DNA of 64,000 bases. Source: Planctomycetota bacterium (lineage in GTDB: Bacteria; Planctomycetota; MHYJ01; WSZJ01). The stretch is from contig JBBTCT010000024.1 in assembly GCA_038060895.1 (NCBI GenBank), forward strand, positions 96,001 to 160,000, in the 5' to 3' direction. The position numbers and the translations under genes were made by a program. Positions 47,291 through 57,011 of the stretch are shown here, one piece after another. Below the pieces are notes generated by a model. That model searched no databases and was not told where the DNA came from. It saw nothing but the letters and a program-made list of their open reading frames with translations. How positions within the stretch are numbered: the stretch's first letter is position 1; each line of letters opens with the position of its first letter.

Positions 47291-48520
47291 ATGCCCGCCT
47301 ACACCGCCGATCAGCTTCACTGGAAACAGGTCGCCCACGACGTCGCCGAGAAGGTCGTGCGGCCGCTCGCGAAGAAGTACGACGAGCTGCAGCAGTATCC
47401 GTGGGAGATCAAGGAAGCGATGGCGAAGGCGGGGCTGATGAGCGTGTGGATTCCGAAGGAGTACGGGGGGGCTGGGGGCGGAGTCGGATCGTTGTGCGTG
47501 GTGATCGAGGAGTTGTCGCGGGCGTGCGGCGGCGTCGGGGTCGCTTACGCGGTGAACGCGCTGGGGAGCTTCCCGATCCTGGTCGGGGGGACGGAAGAGC
47601 AGAAGAAGAAGTGGCTGCCGCTGATTGCGAAGGGCGAGAAGCTGATCGCGTTCGGGCTGAGCGAGAAGTTCGCGGGCTCGGACGCCGGGTCGATGCGGAC
47701 TCACGGGAAGCTCGACGGCGACCATTACGTGATCAACGGCGAGAAGAAGTGGTGCACGAACGGCGGCTCGGCCGACATTTTCAGCGTTTTCTGCGTGACG
47801 GACCCGGAGTCGAAAGCGAAGCGGATCTCGGCAATTCTCGTCGAGAAGGGGACGCCGGGGTTCAAGCTGGCGAAGCAGGAAGACAAGATGGGGATCCGGT
47901 GCGTGCCCGTGAACGAGCTGGCGTTCGACAACTGCCGGGTGCCGGCGACGAACCTGCTCGGCGGCAAGCCGGGGTTCGGGTTCAAGCACGCGATGCAGAC
48001 GCTCGACTACGCGCGCCCCGGCGTGGCGGCGCAGGCGATGGGCCTGGCTCAGGGGGCGCTGGAGCTGTCGATGGTGTACGCGCAGAAGCGCAACCAGTTC
48101 GGGGTGCCGATTTCGAGCCACCAGGCGATCGGCTTCATGCTGGCGGACATGGCGACGAAGGTCGAGGCGGCCCGGCTGCTGGTGCTGGAAGCGGCGCGGC
48201 TGGTCGATGCGAAGGCGGACGGGATCACGAAGACAGCGGCGATGTGCAAGCTGTACGCGACGGACGTGGCGATGGAAGTCACGACCAACGCAGTGCAGAT
48301 CTTCGGCGGGTACGGGTACATGAAGGATTACCCGATCGAGAAGTACATGCGCGACGCGAAGATCACGCAGATTTACGAGGGCACGAACCAGATCCAGCGG
48401 ATGGTCGTGGCGAGGAACCTCGTGAAGGAAGCGACGCACCTGGATTATCTGCAGTCGTTTATCCCGACTGAGGTGCAGAAGGGCGGCATTATGCCGGTGG
48501 TGGAACCGGCGAAGGCTTAG
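47291..48520 (+). CDS. acyl-CoA dehydrogenase
   Basis: FGLSE..AGSD, NGEKKWCTNG, QIFGGYGY, IYEGTNQIQ. Confidence 0.96.
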   Translation: MPAYTADQLHWKQVAHDVAEKVVRPLAKKYDELQQYPWEIKEAMAKAGLMSVWIPKEYGGAGGGVGSLCVVIEELSRACGGVGVAYAVNALGSFPILVGGTEEQKKKWLPLIAKGEKLIAFGLSEKFAGSDAGSMRTHGKLDGDHYVINGEKKWCTNGGSADIFSVFCVTDPESKAKRISAILVEKGTPGFKLAKQEDKMGIRCVPVNELAFDNCRVPATNLLGGKPGFGFKHAMQTLDYARPGVAAQAMGLAQGALELSMVYAQKRNQFGVPISSHQAIGFMLADMATKVEAARLLVLEAARLVDAKADGITKTAAMCKLYATDVAMEVTTNAVQIFGGYGYMKDYPIEKYMRDAKITQIYEGTNQIQRMVVARNLVKEATHLDYLQSFIPTEVQKGGIMPVVEPAKA

Positions 48521-48701
48521 TTGGGAGTTTCGGGTTCCGGAAGTTGAGTTCCGGGATCCGGGTTCCGCGTTCCGAGTGGGGTTTTGAGTTCGCAGTTCTG
48601 AGTTGCGGTTCAGCGGGACTCGAAACTCTGAACCCACAACCCCACCCGGAACTCTGAACCCGGATCCCGGAACTCAACTTCCGGAACCCGAAACCCTCAA
48701 C
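48520..48701. repeat. heptamer (G[G/A]GTTCC-like) inverted repeat between convergent genes
   Basis: GTTTCGGGTTCCGGAAGTTGAGTTCCGGGATCCGGGTTC pairs with GAACCCGGATCCCGGAACTCAACTTCCGGAACCCGAAAC. Confidence 0.85.
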
Positions 48702-48732
48702 CACCGCCGTAGCGCGCCCCGATCGACCGTGC

Positions 48733-49656
48733 CTACTTCGCCGCGCGTAGCTCTTTCGCCCTCGCCTCCGCCTTCGCCGCCTCCTCGTCCTTCTTCTGCT
48801 TCTTCAGCACGGCGGCCCATTCCTCGAGCGTGTCGGCCAGATCCTGCGCTCCGTTGTCCGTCTTCTCGAGGATCGCGATCGCCTTTGCGTACTCGGCGGC
48901 GGCCTCGTCGAGCTTCCCGCCAGCCGAAAGCGCGCCGCCCAGGTCGCGCCTTGCGCCCGCCACGTCCAGCGGATTCGCCTTCGCTCCTTCCAGCCCGTCC
49001 GCCGCCCGCTGGTAATGTCCCTCCGCGTCGGCGTGTTTCGCCTGCGCCATCCTCAGTGCGCCCATGGCGGATTCAGCGTCGGCCAGATCCTGCGCGTCCT
49101 GCTCCTTGGCGCCTTTCTGGATTTCCAGCGCGCGCTTCAGCTGGACTTCAGCGTCCTTGAGCTTCTTCAGCCGGAGCAGGCACTCGCCGTAGTCGAGCGC
49201 GTAGCGCCCCGTCTCGGGGTCGTCCTTGCCCGCGGACGCTTCCACGATCTTCAGCGCCCGCTTGTAGAGCGGCTCGGCCTTGGCGTCCTTGTCCATGTCG
49301 CGGTAGACGTCGGCGACGTCGGCGACCAGCCCGGCGACGGCGGGGTCGTCGGCGCCCAGCCCTTTTTCCAGAACCTCGAGCGCGCGTTCGTACTGCGGCG
49401 CGGCCTCGGCGAGTTTTTTCTGGCCGCGAAGCGAATCCGCGAGGTCGGTGAGCGTGGTTGAAAGCCGCTCGTCCGTCGCGCTCCAGCGTTCCGCTTCCTT
49501 GAGCGCGCTTCGGAATTTCTTTTCCGCGTCTTCGAATTTCTTCGCGGCGGCCAGTTCCTTGCCTTCGGCGACGAAGGCCTTCCACTCCTTTTCGCCGGCG
49601 TAGGAGAAAAGGGGCAGGAGGGCCAGGAGTGCGGCTGCGAACGTGGAACGTGTCAT
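48733..49656 (-). CDS. exported TPR protein (kinesin-light-chain-like repeats)
   Basis: Signal peptide; AEPLYKRALKI repeats. Confidence 0.88.
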   Translation of the reverse strand: MTRSTFAAALLALLPLFSYAGEKEWKAFVAEGKELAAAKKFEDAEKKFRSALKEAERWSATDERLSTTLTDLADSLRGQKKLAEAAPQYERALEVLEKGLGADDPAVAGLVADVADVYRDMDKDAKAEPLYKRALKIVEASAGKDDPETGRYALDYGECLLRLKKLKDAEVQLKRALEIQKGAKEQDAQDLADAESAMGALRMAQAKHADAEGHYQRAADGLEGAKANPLDVAGARRDLGGALSAGGKLDEAAAEYAKAIAILEKTDNGAQDLADTLEEWAAVLKKQKKDEEAAKAEARAKELRAAK

Positions 49657-49667
49657 CGGAGGCTCTC

Positions 49668-49708
49668 AAAAAAAGCAACCCGGCCACCGTGACCGGGGAC
49701 CGGGTTGC
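49668..49708 (-). terminator. intrinsic terminator
   Basis: GCAACCCGG...CCGGGTTGC followed by T7 on the minus strand. Confidence 0.8.
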
Positions 49709-49722
49709 GTTTCAGTGGAAAA

Positions 49723-49950
49723 TTACCGTTGGCCGCGGTCGTGACGGCGGTGCTCGCGGCGATGCTCGCGGCGCGACTTGCGACGATGGTCGCGGCGGTC
49801 CTGGCGGTGGTCGCGGACGTGGTCCCGGGCGCCGTCGCGTGCGCCATCGCGGCCGCGATCGTTGCCGCCACGGGCGTTTCCGCGGTCGTCTGCGGAGGCG
49901 GAAGAGAATGCGAAGAAGAGACCGAGGAGGACGGCGGCGAGTCTGATCAT
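49723..49950 (-). CDS. small exported Arg/Asp/His-rich repeat peptide
   Basis: Signal peptide ending ASA; RDG/RDH/REH tetrapeptide repeats; AAAGGA RBS; terminator downstream. Confidence 0.7.
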   Translation of the reverse strand: MIRLAAVLLGLFFAFSSASADDRGNARGGNDRGRDGARDGARDHVRDHRQDRRDHRRKSRREHRREHRRHDRGQR

Positions 49951-50238
49951 GGCGTTTCCTTTTCTAATGGGTAGGGTTGCGGCCCCCACCGCTTCCCTTA
50001 CGCTACCAGTTTCGAGTGGCCCGGACTGCGTGTTCCGACCATAGGGACGGATTGGGGGGGAGGGCGTTACAGGGGGCTGGACAATATTTGGTGAACGCGG
50101 GTTGGCCCGGCGCGGAATCCCGTGTAAAATGAGCGGGTGGGGACAGTGGCACGCCTCGTCGATCCGGCACCTGCAGCTTAAAACTTACAAAATACATTAA
50201 ACCGCCGTGCGGCTCACCCCGGACCCGGAGCTCCTGCC

Positions 50239-52131
50239 ATGAGCATCGAAATCGGCGGCGTTGAGGTCTACTCGCTTGAAGAAGTCTCCAAGCGCCTCAA
50301 CGTCGAGCCGGACGCGCTGAAGCGGTGCATGCGCCGCGGCGAGCTTGTTGCCCGCAAGATCGGCGACCAGTGGTTCGTGACGTCGCAGAATCTCCTCGCG
50401 TTCCTGCAGACGCCCAGCACTCCAGCGAAGCGAGGGGCGCGGACGCGTGCGACCGACGAACCTCAGGTGCTGCCCGTCACGGCGCCGACGCTGGCTCTCG
50501 AGCCGACGCCCCTGATCGGCCCCGCAGTTCCTGCGGCGGAGGCGGCTCCGACCCCCGCCGTCGCCGAGGTCCCGGTCGAGGAGTCGCTTCCGACGCCCGT
50601 GCTCGAGGAGGAAATCATCTCCGCGGCGCCCCGAGCGGGGCTCAAGGACCGCGAGCCGGAGACGTCCGTGAAGATCGCGAAGCCGGAGACGGTGTTCCCG
50701 CACCAGCTGCCGCCCGGGATTCCCGACGAGCCCGTCCAGGCGGCCCCCGCGCGCCCCGTGTCGGCAGAAAAGGCGACGGAGCCGATCATGACGGCGGTCA
50801 AGGTCCAGCCTCCTTCGCACGCCGAGCCGCTTTTCGTCAGCGCGTCGGAAACGCCGGTGCCAACCCTGAGCGAGCGAAGCGAGCCGAAGTCCCCGGGCGT
50901 CCTGGAATCCGAGAAAGCCACCGACCTCAGCGTCCCGACCATCCCGCTTCCCTCCCACCTCTCTCCCCCGCCCCGCGGGGAATCTCCCACGGCCCCGACC
51001 CTGATCGTGGGCGCGCCCGCCCGGGATGAAGAGAAGCCGCCGCCGCCCAGCTCCGGCGACGCGCTGGCCGCGCTGTTCGACCTCCCGTTCCTGTCGCCCG
51101 ACGAGCCCGCGATGAGCGCCCTTCACGCCCCCACGCCCCCGGCAGGCCCTTCGTTCGGTCCCGAGGACAAGCACGCGCTCGCGATCGAAGCGACGCGGCG
51201 GCGCGCGATGGCCAGGACCGGAACTGCCGAAGACGCGCCCGCACCGGGCGGGAAGCGGACGCTTCTGGATTCCGAAGAGATGCCCTCGGTCTCTGTGGAC
51301 CTTCCGGGGGCCGCGATGCCGCCGGAGACGCGACCGGTCGTGAAGACCGTGGCGCCGCCGCGGCCGACGGCGCCCGGGGCGCGGCTGTCGGACATCCCGA
51401 ACATGTTCGGGCCGGATTCGCCGACGGTGCTTCTGACGCCGGAGCAGGTGGTGGCCGACGCGGAGCGGACGAAGCGGGTGCTCCATGAAGTCATGGAGCA
51501 GGGGCGAATCGCGCAGCGGGCGCGGGACGAAGTCGTGGCGACGGTGCGGAAGCTTCCGCTGGAAGAGCAGTCGTTCGCGCTGGCGGGGCCGATCGGCGAG
51601 CAGCTGGTGAAGCTGGACAAGCTGATTGAAGACGGCATGCGGGCGCAGAAGGAGCTGGGGCTGACGACGCCTCCTTCCGCGCCGAACGTCGTGACAGCGG
51701 TGCATCGCGCGCCGGCGGCGATTCCGAAGATGGAAGAATCGAAGTGGCTGCCGGTCGGGCAGCAGGCGGCGGCGGACCCGATGCCGCTGATTGCGCCGCA
51801 GTCGGACGCGGTGATTCCGGTGGCGCCGCCCTCAGTTTCGAAGCGGCCGGCGTCGCGCGTCGGGCCGGTGGGAGGCGAGACGTGGCAGGAAGTCGGGCTG
51901 CCTTCGGGAAGCGCGGCGGCGGGCGGACGGCAGGATACGGGAGGGATCGTGCGGCTGACGCTCTCGCTGTCGGACGAAGAGAAGCGGGTCCTGTCGGATC
52001 ACCGGATTGCCGAAGAAACGGCCGTGCAGGAGATCATGCGGCGGTACCAGCCGACGGATGAGCGGGGGTGGGTGGATGCGAAGGGGCGGTATTTCCAGCC
52101 GCTGAAGGGAAAGGGCGGTGTGCGGGCTTAG
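50239..52131 (+). CDS. HTH_17-type DNA-binding domain fused to a long Pro-rich region
   Basis: YSLEEVSKRLNV...RRGELVARKIGDQWFVT; GGAG RBS. Confidence 0.78.
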   Translation: MSIEIGGVEVYSLEEVSKRLNVEPDALKRCMRRGELVARKIGDQWFVTSQNLLAFLQTPSTPAKRGARTRATDEPQVLPVTAPTLALEPTPLIGPAVPAAEAAPTPAVAEVPVEESLPTPVLEEEIISAAPRAGLKDREPETSVKIAKPETVFPHQLPPGIPDEPVQAAPARPVSAEKATEPIMTAVKVQPPSHAEPLFVSASETPVPTLSERSEPKSPGVLESEKATDLSVPTIPLPSHLSPPPRGESPTAPTLIVGAPARDEEKPPPPSSGDALAALFDLPFLSPDEPAMSALHAPTPPAGPSFGPEDKHALAIEATRRRAMARTGTAEDAPAPGGKRTLLDSEEMPSVSVDLPGAAMPPETRPVVKTVAPPRPTAPGARLSDIPNMFGPDSPTVLLTPEQVVADAERTKRVLHEVMEQGRIAQRARDEVVATVRKLPLEEQSFALAGPIGEQLVKLDKLIEDGMRAQKELGLTTPPSAPNVVTAVHRAPAAIPKMEESKWLPVGQQAAADPMPLIAPQSDAVIPVAPPSVSKRPASRVGPVGGETWQEVGLPSGSAAAGGRQDTGGIVRLTLSLSDEEKRVLSDHRIAEETAVQEIMRRYQPTDERGWVDAKGRYFQPLKGKGGVRA

Positions 52132-52198
52132 GGAACGGGTGAAAGACAATTTAGAATTATGAATTATGGGTCCAACGATGGGCCGACGTCCCGCGGCC

Positions 52199-54331
52199 TC
52201 ATTCTCCCTCAACAATTTCCACTCCCCGATTTGCCTCGACTCCTTCCACCCTCTGCACTTTGCCGCCCGGCCACTTCACAACGACGCTCGCCGTTCCGGC
52301 TCGCTTCCCGAATCCGAAATGTTGCCTCGCCGAATCCTGGCTCGTGGTTCCTCTTCCTGCCGCGATCTCCCGCGTCTGCCTTGAGTCGCCGAGAAAGACC
52401 GACACGCGCGCGCCGATGGACGTGCGCCCCTTTTTAGGTTTGAGGGAGACAGAGAGCCAGGTCGCTGCTTCGTCGAGCCCGTTGAGATAGAGCCGGGCCT
52501 TTCCGTTCGCGCAGACGACCAGGTCCAGGTCGCCGTCGTTGTCCGCGTCCAGCCACGCCTGTCCCCAACCGTTGAACGCGACGACGCCGGCGCGCCACGT
52601 GACCGGCTCGAAATGTCCCGCGCCGTCGTTGCGCAGGAGCCAGCTCGGACGCTCGCGGTAGACGCTCGTGAAATAGAGGTCCAGGTCTCCGTCGTTGTCG
52701 AAGTCCGCCGCAGACGGATCGCTCAGCGTTTCTTCGTACGGCAGCCCGCACCACGGCGCGACGTCGCAGAACTTCCAGCCGAGCGAAGCGCCCTGGTTCA
52801 TGAGGATCTGCGTCTTGTTCGAGAAGGCGATGAACCGCGGGTGCGCGAGGTTGGCGCTGACGAGGTCGAGATCCATGTCGTTGTCGAGGTCGGCCCAGCA
52901 CGAGCCGATCGTGTGGCCGTACCACGTATTGCCTTCGGCCGGCGTCCCGACTCCCTCGACACCGAGTTCCTTCGCGACGTTCGCGAACCCGCCCTTGCCG
53001 TCGTTGCGCCAGAGATAGTTCTTCTGCAGCCGGTAGTTCGACACGAAGCAGTCGGCGTCGCCGTCGTCGTCGAAGTCGCCCCAGTTCACGCCGCGCCCCG
53101 CCCTGGGCTCCGCTTTCTCCTCGCCCTCGAGCGCGTCGGCCCACTTCCCGGCGCCCTGCGACAGGAAGAGCTTGTCTACCCCGCCGCGGCCCAGGTCTCC
53201 GCTTTCGTAAACCGCGAGATACAGGTCGGGCAGCCCGTCGCCGTTCGCGTCGGCCAGGCCCGCGCCTTCGGGCCCCGCCTCGAGATCGCCCCCCAGCCCG
53301 GTGTCGTTCGCTTCGACAAAGGCCCCCGCGCCGTCATTGAGGAAGAGCCTCACCGCCGGCTTGTTTGAGAACACCCACAGGTCCACGTCCCCGTCCCCGT
53401 CCGCGTCCGCCCACAGCGACCCCGCGCCGTTCGCCGCGGGCAGCTTTTCAACCGCAAGCCGCTCGAACACGCCCCGGTTGTTCCGGAACACCGCGCCGTT
53501 GAACGCCAGGTCATCCCACCCGTCGCCGTCGAAGTCCCCGACCGCCACCCGGTTCCCCCGCGCCTCCGCCAGCCCCGACTTCTCCGTCGCATCCTCAAAC
53601 TCCGCCACGTCCGCCGGCTCCGCTTCCCAAAACGGATTCCCCGGCCCGCGCTTCCCCGTCAACTCGTACGCGAACGCCAGGTACGAGCGCCAGGTTCCCA
53701 TCTCCGTCAGCACGGTCTCGCGGGCGACGGCTTCCTCGGGAAGCGGCAAGGCGCCGCGCGCCGCGAGCGCGGTCTCGATCAGTTCCACGGCCCGTTCGGG
53801 TTTGAGGTCGCACTCGACGTAAGCGCGCCCGACGCGAAACGTCTGCATCGCGTCGAGCTGGATCGCGGCGATGTCCTTCTCGACCGCCGCGACGTCAGCG
53901 TCGTGTTTCAGCCGCGCGTGGGCCGACAGGCAGATGCACAGCCACCCGACGCGCCAGTAAGCCTCCGGGAATTCGCGCGCCAGCCGGCCGAAGACCGCGA
54001 TCTTCTCCTCGTCCTTCGCGTACCAGTTGCAGGCGCCGAGCGTCTCGTTGATCTGCCGCGAAGAGTCGTCCTTCGGCCCCCAGGCGATCCCGCGCTTCCC
54101 CGCCACAACGAGCGCTTCGCACATCGCGTCCCACTTTTTCTGCTCCGCGCGGATCTGGAAGAGCAGAAACGGCGCCGCGGTGTCTTTCGGATCGGCGGCA
54201 GCGGCTTTCTCCAGAAGCGTCGCGGCCTCGTCGGATTTCCCCGCCTTGTGCAGATCGCGGGCTTCTTCGAGAGGGCCGGCAACGACGCTGAGGGCGCAGA
54301 GGGACAACAATGCAGCATGGAGTGGTTTCAC
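52199..54331 (-). CDS. TPR + FG-GAP + ASPIC/UnbV (CRTAC1-like) protein
   Basis: Repeated D[F/A]DxDGDxD motifs; SIGARV, HFGFG, WPGG. Confidence 0.9.
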   Translation of the reverse strand: MKPLHAALLSLCALSVVAGPLEEARDLHKAGKSDEAATLLEKAAAADPKDTAAPFLLFQIRAEQKKWDAMCEALVVAGKRGIAWGPKDDSSRQINETLGACNWYAKDEEKIAVFGRLAREFPEAYWRVGWLCICLSAHARLKHDADVAAVEKDIAAIQLDAMQTFRVGRAYVECDLKPERAVELIETALAARGALPLPEEAVARETVLTEMGTWRSYLAFAYELTGKRGPGNPFWEAEPADVAEFEDATEKSGLAEARGNRVAVGDFDGDGWDDLAFNGAVFRNNRGVFERLAVEKLPAANGAGSLWADADGDGDVDLWVFSNKPAVRLFLNDGAGAFVEANDTGLGGDLEAGPEGAGLADANGDGLPDLYLAVYESGDLGRGGVDKLFLSQGAGKWADALEGEEKAEPRAGRGVNWGDFDDDGDADCFVSNYRLQKNYLWRNDGKGGFANVAKELGVEGVGTPAEGNTWYGHTIGSCWADLDNDMDLDLVSANLAHPRFIAFSNKTQILMNQGASLGWKFCDVAPWCGLPYEETLSDPSAADFDNDGDLDLYFTSVYRERPSWLLRNDGAGHFEPVTWRAGVVAFNGWGQAWLDADNDGDLDLVVCANGKARLYLNGLDEAATWLSVSLKPKKGRTSIGARVSVFLGDSRQTREIAAGRGTTSQDSARQHFGFGKRAGTASVVVKWPGGKVQRVEGVEANRGVEIVEGE

Positions 54332-54423
54332 GGAGGTCCTCGCGAAGTGGAGGCACGGGATTGTAGCCGCCCCCGGTCAGCGGCCCTCTACCCACTACCA
54401 CCTACCAACTACTCCCTGCCGTT

Positions 54424-54984
54424 CTATTTCGGCTGCGCCTCGCCATAATCCGGCGGCTTCTGGTTCTTCGCGCGCTCTTCTTCTTCCAGCCTTCTCAGCG
54501 TTTTCTCATAGATGTCGCCGAGTCCGTTGCCGCCGAGTTTCTTGCGGGTGCGGTAGACGATCTCGTCCTGGGCTTCGGGGTCGGAGCCGTCGTAGGCCCA
54601 GTCGGCCTCGCCCGGGCTGACCGGGTTGGTGCCTGAGTTCGTCTCGGCCTCGACGACGAGGTGCATCAGCGTCTGGCCGGGGCCGACGGGCTCGAGTTCC
54701 ATCGTGACCCGGTAGCGGTGGTTCTCGTGGGAGAAGTCGCTGCCGTAGGAGTTCCAGTGCGATTCGAGGAACCACTCTTCGCGGTTCACTTCGGCGAAGG
54801 TGTAACCCATGTCGGCCATCACGTCGCGCGAGGCTTCCCAGACCTCCTTGGTGGTGCCGGCGAAGGGCCCGTATTCGGTTTTCTCGGGCTTGATGCCGAG
54901 GAAAGCGCGGATCTGGGGGACGGAAGAGCAGCCGGTGAAGGCGAGGGGAAGGGCGAGAAGAGCCAGGGCGCGGAGGTGTTTCAT
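54424..54984 (-). CDS. lipoprotein, hypothetical
   Basis: Lipobox FTGC. Confidence 0.8.
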   Translation of the reverse strand: MKHLRALALLALPLAFTGCSSVPQIRAFLGIKPEKTEYGPFAGTTKEVWEASRDVMADMGYTFAEVNREEWFLESHWNSYGSDFSHENHRYRVTMELEPVGPGQTLMHLVVEAETNSGTNPVSPGEADWAYDGSDPEAQDEIVYRTRKKLGGNGLGDIYEKTLRRLEEEERAKNQKPPDYGEAQPK

Positions 54985-55050
54985 GCGGGGAAGGATAGCA
55001 ATCGGGGGAGCGGGAAGGAAGCGGGAATCGGGGGCGGGAAAAACGGCCAG

Positions 55051-55153
55051 GACAATTTTGAATATCGAATATCGAATAGTGAATTATGAATGAAAGGCGG
55101 CCCGACCCGGTCATTCATAATTCATTATTCGATATTCGATATTCATAATTGTC
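55051..55153. repeat. heptamer (GAATATC/GAATTAT) inverted repeat
   Basis: 43-bp arms 55051-55093 and 55111-55153, 2 mismatches, 17-bp spacer. Confidence 0.88.
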
Positions 55154-55213
55154 TTTCCTTTCCTTCCCGCCCTCTCCTCCCGATCACCCCTCACCCTGTA
55201 GAATCCCCACCTC

Positions 55214-56794
55214 ATGCGCCTCCAGGCCTTCCACTGCCCCTCCTGCGCCGGCTCCCTCGACATCAAGCCCGGCGCCGGCCGCGTCAAGTGCTCGTACTGC
55301 GGCAACACGCTCGTCGTCGAGGACAACGCGGTTTCGAGCTCGCCGCGCGAGTGGACCCGGCACGAGGACGCCGACAAACCCGAGTATCCCGAGCCGGGCG
55401 CGACGCTCTACACGCGCGAAGCGGCGCGGTTCGAGATGTCCGTCATCGAGCAGAAAATCCCCGAGGGCTCGCCCGACCGGTTCGCGCACGTGGAGCTCGG
55501 CGAGGAGCGCTTCGCCCTCGTGTACCTGCGCAACGTGGACGACAAGGGCAAGCCGGTGTCGTCCGACCTCGACCGCCCGTTCGAGACTCTGAAAGCCTCG
55601 CTCGAGACGGACGGCGACCCCGGACTCGCCGCGAACTGCGCGCTCGAGGATCTCTGCAGCCGCGGCTACGCGCACCGGCTCGAGGTCGCCGTGCTGCTCT
55701 TCGAGCCGCGCCAGATGACGATGACCTCGTACAACGCCGGCTGCCGCGACGCGATCTGGTGGGTCTCGAACGAAGAAGGCCGCTGCTGCACCACCGGTTC
55801 CTCGCACGAGCCTCTCGAGCGCAAATTCCTCCGCGAAACCCGCGACCACTTCGAAAACGGCCGCCCCGTCCACCTCGCCGCCGGCGATCTCTTCGTCATG
55901 GTCTCCTCAGGCTTCGCAGGGCGCGGCGGAAGCGGCATGTGGCCGACCGGCCTCGGGACACTCACGGACACGCTCAACGACCACCTCGGCGAAGAGCCGC
56001 TTCGCGTCGTGACGCTCGTGAAGAACGAATTCTGGGCGAAGCGCTCGCGGCATCGCGACGGCGGCGAGCACCCGTGCGGCGACGTGAAGATCGCGGCGGT
56101 GCGGGCGATCCTGCCGCCGGAAGCGACGGCGATTCCGGGGGACGGGAAGATCGAAGTGGTGAAGTCGCGCAAGTACGAGATCGGGCTGGTGAAGGGGCCG
56201 CGGGACATCGCGAAAGTTTTTCCGCTTCATAGCGACCGGCAGGTGCTCGTCTGGATGTCGCCGCGCGAGGGGTCGCTGGAGCCGGCGGATTTCGACCGCG
56301 GGGCGAAGGCGATTCTCGAGGTGCTGGACGGGCAGACGGGGGACAACGACAACCCGCGGGCGGCGGGGCGGGACGCGTACGAGGCGATGAAGACGGGGCC
56401 GGGGCAGATCCGGATGGCGGTGATCCAGTGCCTGGACCAGTACGGGCGCGTGAAATATTTCCGTGCGGGGTGGAAGCAGCCGGTCGCGCTCGGGCCACGC
56501 GGGATCAAGTCGGACGGAATGCAGCAGTTCGACGAGGGGGGCGAAGCGACGGTGAACCAGGGCGCGCGGTTGTTTTTCCCCGGGCCGCTGGAGTACGAGG
56601 GCGAGCACCACATGGCGGAGTATTTCGCGCAGGCGTGGGAGGGAGGGAAGGCGTCGCGGTTGTATGAGGCGATGAGGGAGCACTGGAAGACGAAGAGCAC
56701 GGTGAAGGCGCTGGAGAAACTGGCGAAGGCGGCGGCGAGTGATGTGAACGTGCCGTCGCTGGTAGGGATGGCGTTGGTGACGGGGGTCGGCTAA
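55214..56794 (+). CDS. Zn-ribbon protein with degenerate SpoIIE/PP2C-like domains
   Basis: CPSC..CSYC; SYNAGC, LAAGDLFVMVSSG, second repeat YFRAGWKQP. Confidence 0.6.
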   Translation: MRLQAFHCPSCAGSLDIKPGAGRVKCSYCGNTLVVEDNAVSSSPREWTRHEDADKPEYPEPGATLYTREAARFEMSVIEQKIPEGSPDRFAHVELGEERFALVYLRNVDDKGKPVSSDLDRPFETLKASLETDGDPGLAANCALEDLCSRGYAHRLEVAVLLFEPRQMTMTSYNAGCRDAIWWVSNEEGRCCTTGSSHEPLERKFLRETRDHFENGRPVHLAAGDLFVMVSSGFAGRGGSGMWPTGLGTLTDTLNDHLGEEPLRVVTLVKNEFWAKRSRHRDGGEHPCGDVKIAAVRAILPPEATAIPGDGKIEVVKSRKYEIGLVKGPRDIAKVFPLHSDRQVLVWMSPREGSLEPADFDRGAKAILEVLDGQTGDNDNPRAAGRDAYEAMKTGPGQIRMAVIQCLDQYGRVKYFRAGWKQPVALGPRGIKSDGMQQFDEGGEATVNQGARLFFPGPLEYEGEHHMAEYFAQAWEGGKASRLYEAMREHWKTKSTVKALEKLAKAAASDVNVPSLVGMALVTGVG

Positions 56795-56856
56795 GAACCA
56801 GGACTCCCAAGCTCGCCAGCAACCCAATCCGCCCCAACGATCCACTCCGCTCCCCG

Positions 56857-56981
56857 AAATTCCGTGTCCTTCCGTTCCTCCGTGATCTCCGTGTTATGCC
56901 GTTTTTTCAAGCCGCGTTCCTGAGCCGTTTTCACAAAAAGGCAGAACACGGAAACCACGGAGGAACGGAGAGACACGGAAA
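56857..56981. repeat. nonamer-built inverted repeat element, copy 3
   Basis: AAATTCCGTGTCCTTCCGTTCCTCCGTGATCTCCGTGTT ... AACACGGAAACCACGGAGGAACGGAGAGACACGGAA. Confidence 0.85.
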
Positions 56982-57011
56982 CCTGGAAGCGGCGAGCGGG
57001 GAGAGACCGGC

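Noticed and set aside
50239-50420. Second mobile element suggested by the excisionase-like HTH
   Set aside because: No integrase, att repeat or compositional shift nearby
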